The notes: generated by a model not told the origin, from the sequence alone. A stretch of DNA of 64,000 bases from the human T2T-CHM13v2.0 reference genome, Homo sapiens (GCF_009914755.1 NC_060936.1); one strand, 5' to 3'. Positions 14,478 to 28,817 are shown, counted from the stretch's first letter. Program-made: numbers and translations.

Positions 14478-15180
14478 TAAGGCAGAAGAATAGGGTCTGG
14501 AGGCAGGAAACCTAAGGTCCATTCACACTGACTTCCTAGAACTAAATCAAAAGGAAAATCCCAACTTTCCACACCCAAGTAACAACAGGACCAGAGGCTA
14601 CTCCCTTTGCAACCACCCCCTTTTCCTGTGTGGCAGATGAAAAATTGAAAATACCTGATTGGTCCCCTCCCAAGACCAATCAGGATGGTTGTGGGCCAAG
14701 TCTAAATTTGCATAGAAGGCTAACTTTGTAACTCCCTTCAGCCTCTGATTGGTCACTTTCCATGACCAATCAGATGTTTGCATAGGGTGCAACTTTGTAA
14801 CTTCACTTCAGCTTCTGATTGGTCACTTTCCACAACCAATTAGACTGATTGCAGGCCACTTCTTCATTTACATAGACAAAGTAGACAAAGTATGTAAATA
14901 GATAAAGTAGAAAGAAATGTATGTATGTATTTGTCATTACATACATTTACATGTACACCAAGTAACCAATGGGAAACCTTTAGAGGGTATTTAAGCCCCA
15001 GAAAATTCTGCAATCAGGCCCTTGAGCCACTTGCGTGGGCTGCTCCCACCCTGTGGAGTATACTTTCATTTTTAATAAATCTCTGCTTTTGTTGCGTCAT
15101 CCTTTCCTTGCTTTGCTTTTGTGTTTTGTCCAATTCTTTGTTCAAAGTGCAAAGAACCTGGACACCCTCCACTGGTAATA
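14478..15180 (+). mobile_element. MER51-family ERV1 solo LTR with a CCAAT array
   Basis: Start T(A)AGGCAGAAGAATAGGGTCTGGAGGC, end GGTAATA, GTTTT on both flanks. At least 7 CCAAT/ATTGG boxes and an AATAAA. Confidence 0.85.
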
Positions 15181-15251
15181 GTTTTGATTTGTTATTGTTG
15201 TTATTAATATTATTTTAAGGGTAAGAATGACAGGTTATCCTCATATCCTTA

Positions 15252-16009
15252 TGAGGCAGGAAAATAGGGGAAATGAGGCAGGAAAATAGCAAAAGGAATT
15301 AAAAGTTGGATAAAGAACAGAATGAGTAAAAGCATGAGAGCAGAAACAAGGTGAAGGGGTGACTGAGCAAGAAGCGAGATAAGAAGCAGAGGTTCAGCAG
15401 CCAAAACAAAAGTGAGATTAAAAAAAATGAGTAAGGCGCTTGCAGTGAGCCGAGATCACACCACTACACTCCAGCCTGGGCGACAGAGCGAGACTCGGTC
15501 TCAAAAAAAAAAAAAAAAAAAAAAGTGGGTAAGGAGCCCCCATGGCCAGCTACGTTTGGACCAAACCTGTCAGGGGCAGCTCCTCAGAGATGGGCATGCT
15601 CATTAAAAAGAAGTATGCTTAAAATGACCCAATATGGTAATTAGCTACTTAAGGTTCATGCATATGGACTGCATATCACGCATGTACTTAGAATTATGGG
15701 ATGGAGATGACACACAAGCACACAAGGGCCAAATTAACTAAGCAGCATCTATCAATCAAAAGGCAGACACGGGCTAGAGATTAGGCATCCTTGGGAAGAG
15801 AAGAAAACAAAAAAAACACATAAAAGGACCCAAAGTACCAAACTAAGGTAGATTTCATCTCACAGAGCTCAGTCCGCTCCCCCACTCCAAGAGTGTAATA
15901 TTTCACTTAATACACTTCTGCTGCTTTGCTTCGCTATCTGCGTGTGTCTCGTCCAGTTCTTTGTTCAGGACACCAAGAACCTGGAACTACACGGCACCAT
16001 CCAGTAACA
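15252..16009 (+). mobile_element. MER61-family ERV1 solo LTR
   Basis: TGAGGCAGG...GTAACA termini with a perfect 4-bp TSD CTTA (15248-51 and 16010-13). Confidence 0.82.
15437..15524 (+). mobile_element. 5'-truncated Alu inserted in the MER61 LTR
   Basis: Only the last ~65 nt of the right arm plus poly(A). TSD AAAAATGAGTAAGG / AAAAGTGGGTAAGG. Confidence 0.9.
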
Positions 16010-16619
16010 CTTACTTTCCTCCTTAACCAGGTTGGGTTCCATGATTCATCAAAATATAATCCTGTACACACCTTTTAACAATCTTGCCCTCTCTGGCTTT
16101 TCCTACTTGCCTGACAATACCCTAAGTCTGAATAAATTTGATGATTAACTGGATAAAAGAATAAATGAGTAGACATTTTTTAAAGGGTATCATGAACCTT
16201 CAAAACTATGAAAATGAAACAACAATTCAAAGATAGAAGAACTTATGAATTTATTGAGTTATTTCAATTGCTGGAACATTCAGGAAAAGCTTTAGTCATC
16301 TCTACCATATACTGTAGATTCTGTTCATTTGTGTGCCAAGTTAGGAACTAAATCTTCTTTTTAAATTGAGCATTAAGATATTTTTTAAATCCCCAAATGA
16401 AAAAGGCTGGCATTTATAAAAAAGTGGCACCTATTCTATTCTCACACTTTATTTATCAGTTCTGTGTTAAATATACATACACAGAATGTTAGAGTTATAA
16501 GAAATCTTAATGTTAATTTGGCAGAAGCAAAAATCAAGACATAGAGAAGGAAAATATGAAACCTCAAACAGCAAATTAGTCACATAGCTAAACCTAAAAC
16601 CAAATTCTGCTGACTGCAT

Positions 16620-18300
16620 TTAAGTCCTCTTTTCCAGTTCATTCATTCATTTACCTATTCAACAAGTTTTACTATACAGCTACTAGACTAGGCAATGGGA
16701 GTGTAATAGTGAGCAAAACTTCCAAAGTGCTCTGCCCTCATGAAGCTCACATTCTGAAGAGGCTGAAAGATAATTAACATGATAAACAGAGAAAATACAA
16801 CATGAATTACATGCCCCTATGGAAGAAAAAAAGAAATGGTAAGAAGATACAAAGTTTTGAGAAAGGGATCATAAATTTATTTATGGTCAATTTATTTATT
16901 TAAATGTATTTATGGTTTATTTATGGTAAGGCCAAAGTAGGCCTCACCAAGGTGACTTCTAAGTAAAGATATGAGCTAAAATGAGTAAGCAGACATATAA
17001 ATTTCTGGGGAAAAGGCATTCCAAGAAGAGGGGAAAATAAATGCAAAGTACCTAAGACAGGAATGGAACCTGGTATGTTCCAGAACAGGGATAAGTCAAA
17101 TGGCTAGAGGAGAATAGGTAAGAGGGAGAGAAGTCCAAGGTCCAAGGTCCAATGGTGGGCTTGGATAGACTGTGTTATTGGCCTGAATTTTTTAGTAATC
17201 CTGATCCATTTCCTTGCTATGGCCTCATTAAAGGTGGTATGCACTTTCTCACCCCTTGACCTTGAGCTTTTGACTTGCTTTGGTCAGTTACACACAGCTA
17301 TACGACTCTGCTAATCTCAACTGAACTAAGTCATGCAAATGCGGATTGGTTGGAAATCTGTTTATCTAGGATGGTTTCAGCTAAGTAGCTCAGTGGCATT
17401 TGTAGAAGGACCTTTTTCTTGAGACTACCAGGCTAGCCAAGCAGTGTTCTTCTCTCAAAGGTAGCAGAAGCACTAAAGGGCAAATGGAAACACATGAGAT
17501 CATTTAAAGCCTAAGATCAAACCTAAGACCATTGCTTTTGCTCATATACAACTGGTCAAAATAAAAAGTAAGGCCCTTCCAGCCATGGCAAGCCTTGATA
17601 GCTAACCTAAAGACACATGAGCAAAAATTACTGTTCTTTTAAGCTACTGAGTTTTGTGGTGACACATAATTAATACGTGAGCCTCGTAGGCTTCACTATG
17701 ATTAAAATGAGAAATTCCTGGAAGGTTTTATCTGGCTTGCCTTTTAATGGATTAACTATGGGGTGCCGGGTTGAAAATAAACCAGTAAGAGGCAAATGCA
17801 GAAACAATGAGGCCAGTTAAGCAGTCCCTGAAATAATCCAGGAGACACACAAAATAAGTTTGAACAGGATGGTGGCAGCAGAGGGAGTAAATCTATGTTG
17901 ATAGCAGGACTGAGCATGTTTGTTGACAAGCTGGATATAGTATTTGAGAGAAAGAAAGGGATCAAAATATCACCAGGATTTTAGGTCTTAGTAACATGAA
18001 GAATTGAGTTACTATGGAGGAAAATTAAAGATTTGGTCATGGAGGAAGAGAGGGCAATAAAATTTCAGACACCCAGATTGGAGAAAGTTAAATTGAAATC
18101 TTAGAGAAGCATCAGAATATAGCTGGTTTTTAAAGGCATGATACTGGATGAGATCACTTAAAAAGCAAACACAAAAGAGGTCCAATAACTGAGCTGTTGG
18201 GCACACCCACGTAGGGAAGATGAAGAAGAACCAGGAGAGATTCTGAGAAGGGGAGAAAGGTAGGAGAACAGTCACGTGTCACGTGCAGGAAGCCATGCAG

Positions 18301-18334
<34 letters not shown>

Positions 18335-18550
18335 CCTCAAAGAAAATAAAGTTTCAAATGAGACAACTGCTGCAGATGGGTCAAGTAAATGAGAACTGAG
18401 AAATCATTAGTCTAGCAATATGGATGTCACTACTCATGGAAAAAAGTTGTTGGAGGCATGGATGGTGGAGGTGAAAACACTAAGTTCATGAGACAATGGA
18501 AGGAGGGACATGGGAGACTCTAGGTATAATTATTTCAAAGAATTTACTGA
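16620..18550. mobile_element. Degenerate L2 (with an internal MaLR-like piece ~17170-17670)
   Basis: CATTCATTCATTT..CAACAAG end and purine-rich L2-like blocks. Boundaries are approximate. Confidence 0.55.
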
Positions 18551-18764
18551 AAAACATGCATGTAGAAACAGCCACCATTATTTCTGTCATGCATTCTTTC
18601 TGCCACACAACTAAACAGTTTTTTCAAAGCTAAGTCTTACTTTTTCCTTGAAGTAGATTATTCCAACCTCTTCAGAAATTCTAGCATAGTTCCATATTAT
18701 CAAGCAATTCAGCACTGCATATGTTAAAACTTTAGTTTTCTAAGGGGTTTTAAAATTCTTAACA

Positions 18765-19331
18765 GTCTCACAGTTCTTGAACTGCACCAAGGAACCCTGA
18801 GGTACCACAGTGAACTCACAGGGGTACTATGGGATATTTTTAATTTTTGAGGGAAACTCAGTGATACTTGACATCACTTGCACATCAAGTAAACTACTAG
18901 TTCAGCCTCAGGGTAGTTCACAGTTTCAACAAGACAGCACACTATACTCCTTCAATGATGTTACATCTTTGCAGAGCTGAGTTTTCTATAGTTGCTATGA
19001 TAAAAAGCAAATATCAGGTGAAAATCAATATGGAATATAAAGTGAAAGTGGCAGCATTGTAAATGATTCTAGGATTTGAGACACTGTGCAGTGCCCATAA
19101 GATGCATACAGATCCTTAGTAAGAATAAAGTAAGGATATCTTCTTTCAATTTATGTGTATTATTTTTTTAAATGGTCATTAGTTGTTAGGAAATAAATAT
19201 TTATTAAGTTGTTTAGAGAAAAATATTTAACAAATAGAACTGTTAGGTATTTCTATTCGTCTAAGAGTGCTGTGAAAAAAAATGACTAAAACACTAACGG
19301 TGCAGTAAACAGAGAAAGTTTGGGAACCTCT
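18765..19331 (-). mobile_element. hAT-Charlie DNA transposon (MER119-like)
   Basis: The end GAGAAAGTTTGGGAACCTCTG is the reverse of the CAGAGGTTCCCAAACT terminus. Internal similarity to the recalled consensus. Confidence 0.6.
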
Positions 19332-19436
19332 GAGTTAGCCACCCTTTAATTGACCAAGGATATGAATGTCATGCATGAAAATAAATTTAATGAAAACTTT
19401 CTGAATTGATTTCTATTACCAGTTGCTAATTCTCAC

Positions 19437-19504
19437 CTAGATAAGTGGTCTATCATCACTTGCTCTGCAACAATCTGTTTCTTCTTCTCTGCAGCCACAA
19501 TTTC
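19437..19504 (-). CDS. CAPS2: CAPS2 exon (EIVAAEKKKQIVAEQVMIDHLS-R)
   Basis: Acceptor TCTTCCCAG, donor AG|GTGAGA, 68 nt, phase 0 to 2. Confidence 0.93.
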
Positions 19505-20509
19505 CTGGGAAGATTAAATAAAGACAACCTCACCATCCATAAAGCAGAACCATACAATACTTAACACAAAAGTTCTAAAACATAAATTAAATATCTCTGA
19601 TTTCCGTCTTAGATATAGATGGAAATAGATTACTATTATAGATTATAGATTACTTTCCATCATTACTAAATTTAAATTTCAATCATTTAATCTACAAATA
19701 TCATTTATTTTCTAAGAAATAATACACTTAAATTTCAGTAAAAATCATCAGAATTTTCATGAGCTGCCTTTGCATTTTATGGAGCAGACTAAAGGAGAAA
19801 GAGACTATGGCATCCTTCCACTCTATTCCTCCCCTCAAGAGATGTCCTGCAAAAGGCATCTTAACCTGCTCCAAGAAGGCTACCAACACTGACACAAAAT
19901 AAGCTTCGTCTAACACTATTCATAGCAAAAGAAGGCAAAACTGAGTTTGAATTGTTTGACCTTTCATAAAATATCCAAAACAAGGAAAAACAAACAAAAA
20001 CTCTCCTCATCAAAAGTATAATATTTTCTCTGCATATAATGCATCAATAATATTTAATAAACTTTTCTCAATTACTAGCTTGATTAAGCTTTCTTAATAC
20101 TATTTTTCACTTTTCCAATTCCTCTTAAACTATTTTTACTATTTTTTAGGTCATATCTAACTGAAATACTGGTAATCATTTAATTCAAATTATATTATCC
20201 TGCAGCTATAATGACTAAAATGTATCTTTAGAAAGGTAAATAAAAGAGGTTAAAAAATTAAGAGGTCAAAATAAAGCTTGTTCTATTTTTAGAATGTAAA
20301 TTACTGTCATCCCCATTGATCACTCCAATAAATGAAATTAAGATAGAGGCTTTGTAACCTTAGAAAAAGTGCTTTATTTAAAATTGAGACAAAATATCAA
20401 ATAAGAATGTCTAAAGACATATCATAAAAACAAAAAGTAAAAACTTGTAAGAAAATCGGAAAAGTTGGGCACAATTATTTAAATGCTATTTAGCCTACAC
20501 TAAATTTAG

Positions 20510-20878
<369 letters not shown>

Positions 20879-22846
20879 TAAATAACACTCTTATTTAGCC
20901 TATATTATAGGCTACATAATGTAGGTTATTTAACACTTTCATTTATTGATAATGTTTAAATTATTATTAAACACTGTTATTTAACATTATTTAAATATTA
21001 TTTAGCCTACACTGAATCTAGTTTTTTGGTTTGGTAGAAATTCAAAATGTGTAGTTTACACATTTAATATGTCCTATATAAAGCTTATGTTATTTAATAC
21101 ATCTTGTGTCACTCTCTAAGCTCATGATGCTTTATAAGATTTTTATTTAGTAATAAATTTAAAACAGCAATTAAAATGTTTAAAAATTAGCACAACCTCA
21201 AAGTAAAGCAAGGTATTTTTTTAATATCTAAGAGTGATTCATAAAGTGGACACTGACTAAAACATTAAAATTATACACAGAAAAGATCCACATCGGCTGA
21301 ACACAGATGTAAAACCCAGACAGAAACCAAAGAGGGGAGATTAATTAACACCATAGAGCCCATGCAGAAAGCCCATCTTCAGTGTTGAAGCTTGTGGTGG
21401 TTTATACTTTGTAGGAAAGGTTAGAACCCGTAGGCACACTGATTTAGAGATCTGTGTAAACATAAAGCAGATTACAAGCAGAAGTGACACTGATGGAAGG
21501 ATCTGTCAACACTACAAAATGACAAAGGAGCTAGATGAGATGGACACAAAATCCGTAGTTTCACTGCTTCTATTGTCACTTAAGTAGTTTAAAATTAAAT
21601 AAAGAAGTTTTCACCTACATTTTAAAACAAATAGGTGCTAATTTCAGATGCCCTGAAAGCTTACTCATGTAAACGTTTCCTTAGGGGAAGGAGGAGACAG
21701 TTAAATGAGTACTATCAAAATAAAATAAAACTTGATAATGAATTTAGATACATTGCTCCTAATAATGTAGTTGTAAGGAAAAGAAATCCATTAACATCCA
21801 GATTGCTTTGAATTACATCAAGAACAATACCCAATGAGCCTTAATTATTGCAATACCCATTTCAAATATAACTTCAGGGATATATCAAAATAAGCCTGAA
21901 TTGAAACACTATTTTCCTTATAAAGTAGCTTTTTTAATTTTTAGGATAATCCTGATAATATTCATTCTATTAAACATAAATATCCAAGTAATAATAGGCA
22001 CCAAAAAAATAATGTGCATGTGGTTTAAGTAAAAGAACTCACAAATTTGCAACTTGGGACATCCACAGAAAATCAGTTCACGTAGTCCAGAGATTGATTA
22101 TATATTACTGTTAATTCAGAACATAATTGATTCTGGATGATTGTGACCCAAATAAAATATATATTGAATTGCCACTCAATGATAATAGTAATGTAACTAA
22201 CTAAATCCATATTGCTTTGTTACTATTTATGCTATTGAAACCAGAGTTTTCCCAACTTGTGATCCACCACACTGGCATTCCAACAATCTGTTATAAGTAT
22301 GCCTAAGACATTAATCACTTGGGTTTCTGGGGTGGTCAGTGACCTCCAACTCCAAGCAGCTTGGTCCCTTACCCCAGAACATTACAGAAATGTTTTAATT
22401 ATCTGTTTGTGCCAGAACTGGTCTAAACCATACTTGCCAACCTAATTGATTCTGTAAAAGACATAATTTAAAGTTAATATTGAGCATCTGGAGTTTCTTT
22501 TCCTAAAAAAGAAAAATAACTTATTTCTGGAATTTCCTTAACTGGCCTGAATTTATCTAATGTTAGGAGCTCATTACTTCAAAAAAATAACCAGGCTGCT
22601 TTTTTGGGGGAGGGGGTGACACCAAATAAACTCACTAACATAAATAGCAGCCAACTCACATTTTGAACAGTATAAACTAAATTTTTCAAACACCTAAAGA
22701 TTCCAGACAATTTTTTTACAGAATATATACCAAATACAATTCAATCATTTATAAAAATGAGGACTCAATTTTCCATTAATGAATATTCACCCGAGTTCAA
22801 ATTCAACTGTTGTAATTATTTATTCCATTCAGTCTTTAAAATCTTA

Positions 22847-23023
<177 letters not shown>

Positions 23024-24249
23024 CTATGCATGAAAGAAATAAATGAAGCATCATACACATATTTAGAATGTTTGTTTTTAACAAAATATGGGAATAGATA
23101 ACTACGGAATATCTCAGTGACTATTTGTACAACAGTTAAAAGTACAGGCTCTGAAAATCAGATTGCTTATATTTGAATCCAGCTCTTCCACTTGCCCGCT
23201 AGGTGACCTCTCTGTGCCTCAGGTGACTTATAGATAAAATGCGAATTAATAATAGGAACTACTTCCCCAGAAACAAAAAGGATTAAGAGATATACATGTC
23301 CAACACTTTATAAAAACTACTTGACATAGTAAGCATTAAATAAAAGTTAGCAGCTATTATAATTATTATTGTCCAATTTGAATCTTTGAAAAATTAATAA
23401 ATGTGGGCATGTCTACTCCATTATAAAATTAAATTCAGAAATAAAATACTAAAAGATGAGTGTAACCTTTGAGGTAAAAGATTCTTTGGGATGCTAAAGA
23501 GATAAATACCAAATTGTTCTTTGACTATGTGTTTACGCTACCCCAGCAAAACAAAAAAAAGTTTCCAATAAAATAGCAACTTTTCAAAAACTTAATAGAT
23601 TATAAGATTTCTTCCCCCCAGGGCTTATTCTTACTTTAGATCTTCCTTGAAAGGTCACACTCTATCTTAATACTCCTCTCTGTCTTTATGACCTTTGATT
23701 GCTATATAAAATTTTGTTATATATATTTAGGATTTATTGCTTGCCTCTCCTAATGTAAGTTCCATGAAAGCAGGAACCTTGTCTGTCATTTTTATTGCTG
23801 TATCGCTGGTGGCAGAACAGGATAACACAAAGTGAGCACTCGATAAATATTTATTCAATAAATGAATAATGAATCTCGCTTAGGTATTTAAAAATCAATT
23901 TATGAAGATACTTTATCATTTTATTTATTTACCCACTAATATACTTCTTTCTAAATAGCGATTTATTTAAACAGGCACCAAAAAGATGCTTAGCATTTAT
24001 AGGTAAATTAAGCAGATTAATTTAATGCATATATTTAAATATAAGCAAAGCATTGTATTTTGTTCAGGTTGAAAACACTTTCGAAATAATTTTATTTTGT
24101 GTCAGCTTGTTTTCAACCTTTTACAAAAGGAAAACTGATATTTCCACTTAATATTTCAAATTCAACCTTCCAAAATCAGACTTCCTTACAGTCTTCCCCT
24201 ACCTCCAGTTAATGGTAACCCTCTTAGGCCAAAAGCCTTAGATCCATTG

Positions 24250-24725
24250 TTTTTTTATGTTAAAATATTTAACTGACATTAAAAATTGTAAATATGCAAT
24301 GTGTACAGTATGATGATTTGATATACATATAGATTATGTAATCATTATCACAATCAAATTAATTAATACATCCATCACCACACATAGTTACCATTTGTAT
24401 TTGTCTGCGTATATGTGTGTGTGTGTCATTAAGACATTTAAAATCTGCCTTCTTATCAAATTTCTAGGAAAAAAAATACAGTACAGTATGATTAACTATA
24501 ATCACCACAAATACAGTAGTTCCTCAGAACTTATTTATCTTATAACTGAAAGTTCACATCTGTTCACCAAGTCCCCATTTTCCCAACCCCTCCCCCCGAG
24601 TCCCTGGCAACCAATATTTTACTCTCTGCTTCTGTGGGTTCAACTATTTTAGAGTCCACATATAAGTGAAAACATAGAGTATTTGTCTTTCTGTGCCTGG
24701 TTTAATGTCCTGCACATTCATCCTT
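24250..24725 (-). mobile_element. L1MA/MB 3' end inserted within an L2 (L2 ~24150-25525)
   Basis: Typical reverse L1 3' end (CCACATATAAGTGA..TATTTGTCTTTCTGTGCCTGG), flanked by L2-like sequence ending GAATAAATAATAAATGAAT. Confidence 0.7.
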
Positions 24726-25802
24726 GTAGAGTCATTCTCGGTCTTCCCTTTCTCTCAAGTCTATAACCAATCCATTCAAAAATCTTCTTAGCCCTACCTT
24801 CAGAATCTGTCAACAATATGACTTTGTGAGGCACTACGAAGTTCCAAGTCTGAAGCTACCATCACCTAGGTCCAAGCTATCATCGTCAAATTTTGCCTGG
24901 ATTATTGTGACAGTCTCCTCAAAGGTCTTCCTGCTTTTATCTTTGTCCTATTCTCAATAAAGCCCATCCTCAAAAGAACGAAGTAGCTTTCTGCCTCACA
25001 GAAAAAGGCAAAGTCCTCCCTTGGCTTGCGTGGCGTCCCTGATCTGCCTCCCAAACTCCCTTTAACTCTCTTACCAACCTCCTTCCTTCTCTCCCTTGCT
25101 CTCCCTCCTTTGACCACACTGTCCTCCTCAATATTTCTTAAACACTCCTACTTCATGACACAGAGTTTCTCTTGACTAGCCTGCTCCTCAGGTGTATGCT
25201 AAAATGCTATCTTATCTAAAGGTCTCCCCTGTGATCCTATACAAGCTGCTATCCCATACCCAAAGCCCTGACTTTCCTAGATCCCTTCTATACACCACAC
25301 TTTTCACCATGTGTCATACAAGCTGGGTTGACTGATTAATCATTCCATTGATTGATTTTTTTTTTCTCCTTGCCATTTCCTTCCATTAGGATATAAGCTC
25401 TTTAGAGGCAGAAATTTTTGTCTGTTTTATTCACTGACTTACCCCCAGTGCCTGGACAGGGGTATTGCATAAAGTTAAGCATTCAGTAACTATGTGTTGA
25501 AAGAATAAATAATAAATGAATAAATTATATTGATCATTTCTAAAACTAAAAGTTTTTTAGAGTGAAAAAAGAGGTATTTGAAATGAATAATGATAGGTAC
25601 AATTAGGAAATAAAGATTATTTTCTACAAAATTGCAGTTTAATGATTTTCATGTTTAATTTCAAGATGTCTCATTATTTTAAAAATATATATGTACACAT
25701 AAGTTTGCATTTTAGGTAACAAAACAATCTGACAACAAGAGATTTATCACCTTTTATAGTAAGTGGAAGGAAAACACAGCAAAGGAAATTTACCATTAGA
25801 AT

Positions 25803-26206
25803 TGCCATGGTTTGGATGTTTGTCCCCTCTAAGCCTCATGTTGAAATTTAATCCCCAATGTTGGAGTGGTGTTTGGGTCATGGAGGTCGATCTCTCGTGA
25901 ATAGATCAGTGTTGTCCCCTTGGAGGCGAGTGAGTTTTCATTCTATTATTTCCCAAGAGTGCTGGTTGTTCAAAAGAGCCTGGCACCTTCGCATGCTCTC
26001 TTGCCTCCTATGTTGCTATGTGATCTCTGCACATGCTGGCTTCCCTTGATCTTCCGTCATAAGTAAAAGCAACCTGAAGCCCTTAGCAAGTGCCTAATCT
26101 TCAACTTTCTAGCCAACAGACTCATGAAGCCAAATAAACCCTTCTTTCTTTATACATTACCCAGCCTCGGGTATTTCTTTATAGCAACACAAAATGAACG
26201 AAGACA
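25803..26206 (+). mobile_element. MST-family MaLR solo LTR
   Basis: TGCCATGGTTTGGATGTTTGTCCCC...AAGACA termini with a perfect 5-bp TSD AGAAT. Confidence 0.88.
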
Positions 26207-26767
26207 AGAATCAAGTAGAGTCAAACTTCTATTTTGCAGTTCAACTGATTATCAGTTGACTCATGTATCATACTGATTAGTTAGCAATGATAGCCTTTAG
26301 TTCTTGCCCTGGATCCTAAATATTTCTAATTTTAGCTTTGCTTTACCAGTAAAGAGAATCAATTTACATGTTGATCTCTGCTTTAAAGAGGGGCTTATAT
26401 TTCTGATATCAGGGATGTCTTCTGTTTCCAGAGATTACTAGTGTTAATTCATGTAATTGTAACAGAATTTACTACTAGGCCATTTATATAGCAGTTTTGA
26501 TTCTCATAATGGTATACATTTGAAAAGATATCAAGTAAGTTCCTCAAACCCCTTAAGTACAAAATTATTATACAGAGAATCTACAGAAATGCTTTTTAAC
26601 TAGAAGTTCTTCTATAAGACCACTAAAAACATATTAAACTTAATAATTTCACACCTTTAATATAGATTCTAAAAAATCAGTGGCAAAATAGCATATTTTC
26701 CAGAAGAATTTATGTGTATATTGGCTTCTATAAAGCTCTTTATTCTTATTATATACTTACCAATTTT

Positions 26768-26970
26768 ATGGAAATATCTGCAAATAAAATTTGTTTTTCT
26801 CTTAAACCAAAAGTAAAAAAAGTCCTCATTTGAATTTGCATTCAAGGAAATAAAAGTTTTACTTAAAAAATATTTTGAACAATTTTGCTGCCACTCAGTA
26901 AGGCATGTGCTTACAGAAACCTTCATTCCGTTTTCCCAACATCTGTACAGTGATCTAAATATCATTTGGT
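26768..26970 (+). repeat. ~200-bp local direct repeat, copy A
   Basis: About 90% identical by eye to 28615-28817. Confidence 0.92.
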
Positions 26971-27952
26971 ATATCCTGCAAACAATACATGGTGAGATGC
27001 TAAAAGGTTATGAAATTATTTTGCCTACTATTATAGACACCAGATTATCATATTTCTGTGTTTATATTTGGGTCTGGAAAAATGTTTTCAAAATAAGAAA
27101 GATCAAATAATCCCATTAATTTTGTTACTCTTTCAGCTAATCACTGTGTGATTTATTTAATTCTAGATAGTTCCTACATGGATTAAAAAATAGCTGAAAT
27201 GTCATACCCACTTATAAATTTATTATTATTTACCTACAGGAAAATGCTAAGCAAATACAACATTAAAACGTCCCTGGAAACACATTACTCTTATAGAAAG
27301 TTAACTGAATTAAAAATTCTATTAAAATTAAAATTAAAAATTATCTTCTTTATGGCCACTAGTATCATGTTTTTCAAATTATTCCTTCTAAAAATCAAGA
27401 TTGACTTTTTCTGTATGATTATGAAAGCATTACAATTACTATGTTTAATTTATTATTATATTCATTAATAGTGAATTTATACCTAATATTACATAAAAAC
27501 ATAACAATTTCAGCAACACATGATGTTAAAAAATCATTTCCCATAATGAGACAAAAGACAGTAATGAAGTGATGGTAGTTTTTGCACAAACCAGGATCAC
27601 CATAAAGTCTCAAATCACTTATCAATTTTAAAATTTAGACTGTCAGACCAACTGAGTTCAAGACAGCTACGTCAACAAAATACATAATACTGTCTTATTT
27701 CTAATCCCAAGGTACGTGAAAAACTTCTAACAGAGAAAAGGTGACAAAACTATATGGCTATAACTTTTTTGTCAGAAAATGATGACAATAACCCTTTAAA
27801 TTTGTTGTGAAAAACAAACTAGTCAATGTAAGTAAAATATTTACAACAGTCCTTGATATGCAGAAATAAATGTTAGCTATTATACTTATTATGACTAATA
27901 GCAAGATATGTCACACAAAAAGAGATTTCTGTAATATGTGCAGTTTTCTTTA

Positions 27953-28165
<213 letters not shown>

Positions 28166-28614
28166 CTATAGGTAAAAAGAAAAAAGCATGCTATCAGAAA
28201 AAAAAAGTATTAATTTTCCTTATTGGCATTAACAGGTTTACCTCTTACCTTAGCATCCATTCCTTAAAAATGACCATTATAGTCAATGTTCTAAGCAGAG
28301 ATGGTATTTAAGACATTCAACTGGTACAGACAGCATCACTGACCAATCAGAGCAGACAGAACTGCTCGGAATGGGCACTTACCTTAAATACCAGTAAGCT
28401 TATACCTTGTTTCCTAGCTGAAGATCCATTTAAGAGGAGAAAAAATGACTTATCTTTCTTCTTAGGAGTTTTAGATAAAGCTTTTCTTCTGCCCCAGAAG
28501 AACTTCACTGTAAATCATTTTTTTCATAATAGATAGAGCAATTGAAGATCATTAATACTGAGAAGGATTGGTTGTCATTTCTAGAATATCAATATATTCT
28601 ATCTATTTGCAAAC

Positions 28615-28817
28615 ATGGAAATATTTGCAAATAAAATTTGTTTTTCTCTTAAACCAAAAATAAACAAATGTCCTCATTTGAATTTGCATTAAGGAAATAA
28701 AAGTTTTACTTAAAAAATATTTTGAACCATTTTGCTGCCACTCAGTAAAGTACGTGCTTACAGAAACCTTCATTCTGTTTTCCCACTATCTTTACAGTGA
28801 CCGAAATATTATTTGGT
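28615..28817 (+). repeat. ~200-bp local direct repeat, copy B
   Basis: About 90% identical by eye to 26768-26970. Confidence 0.92.
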
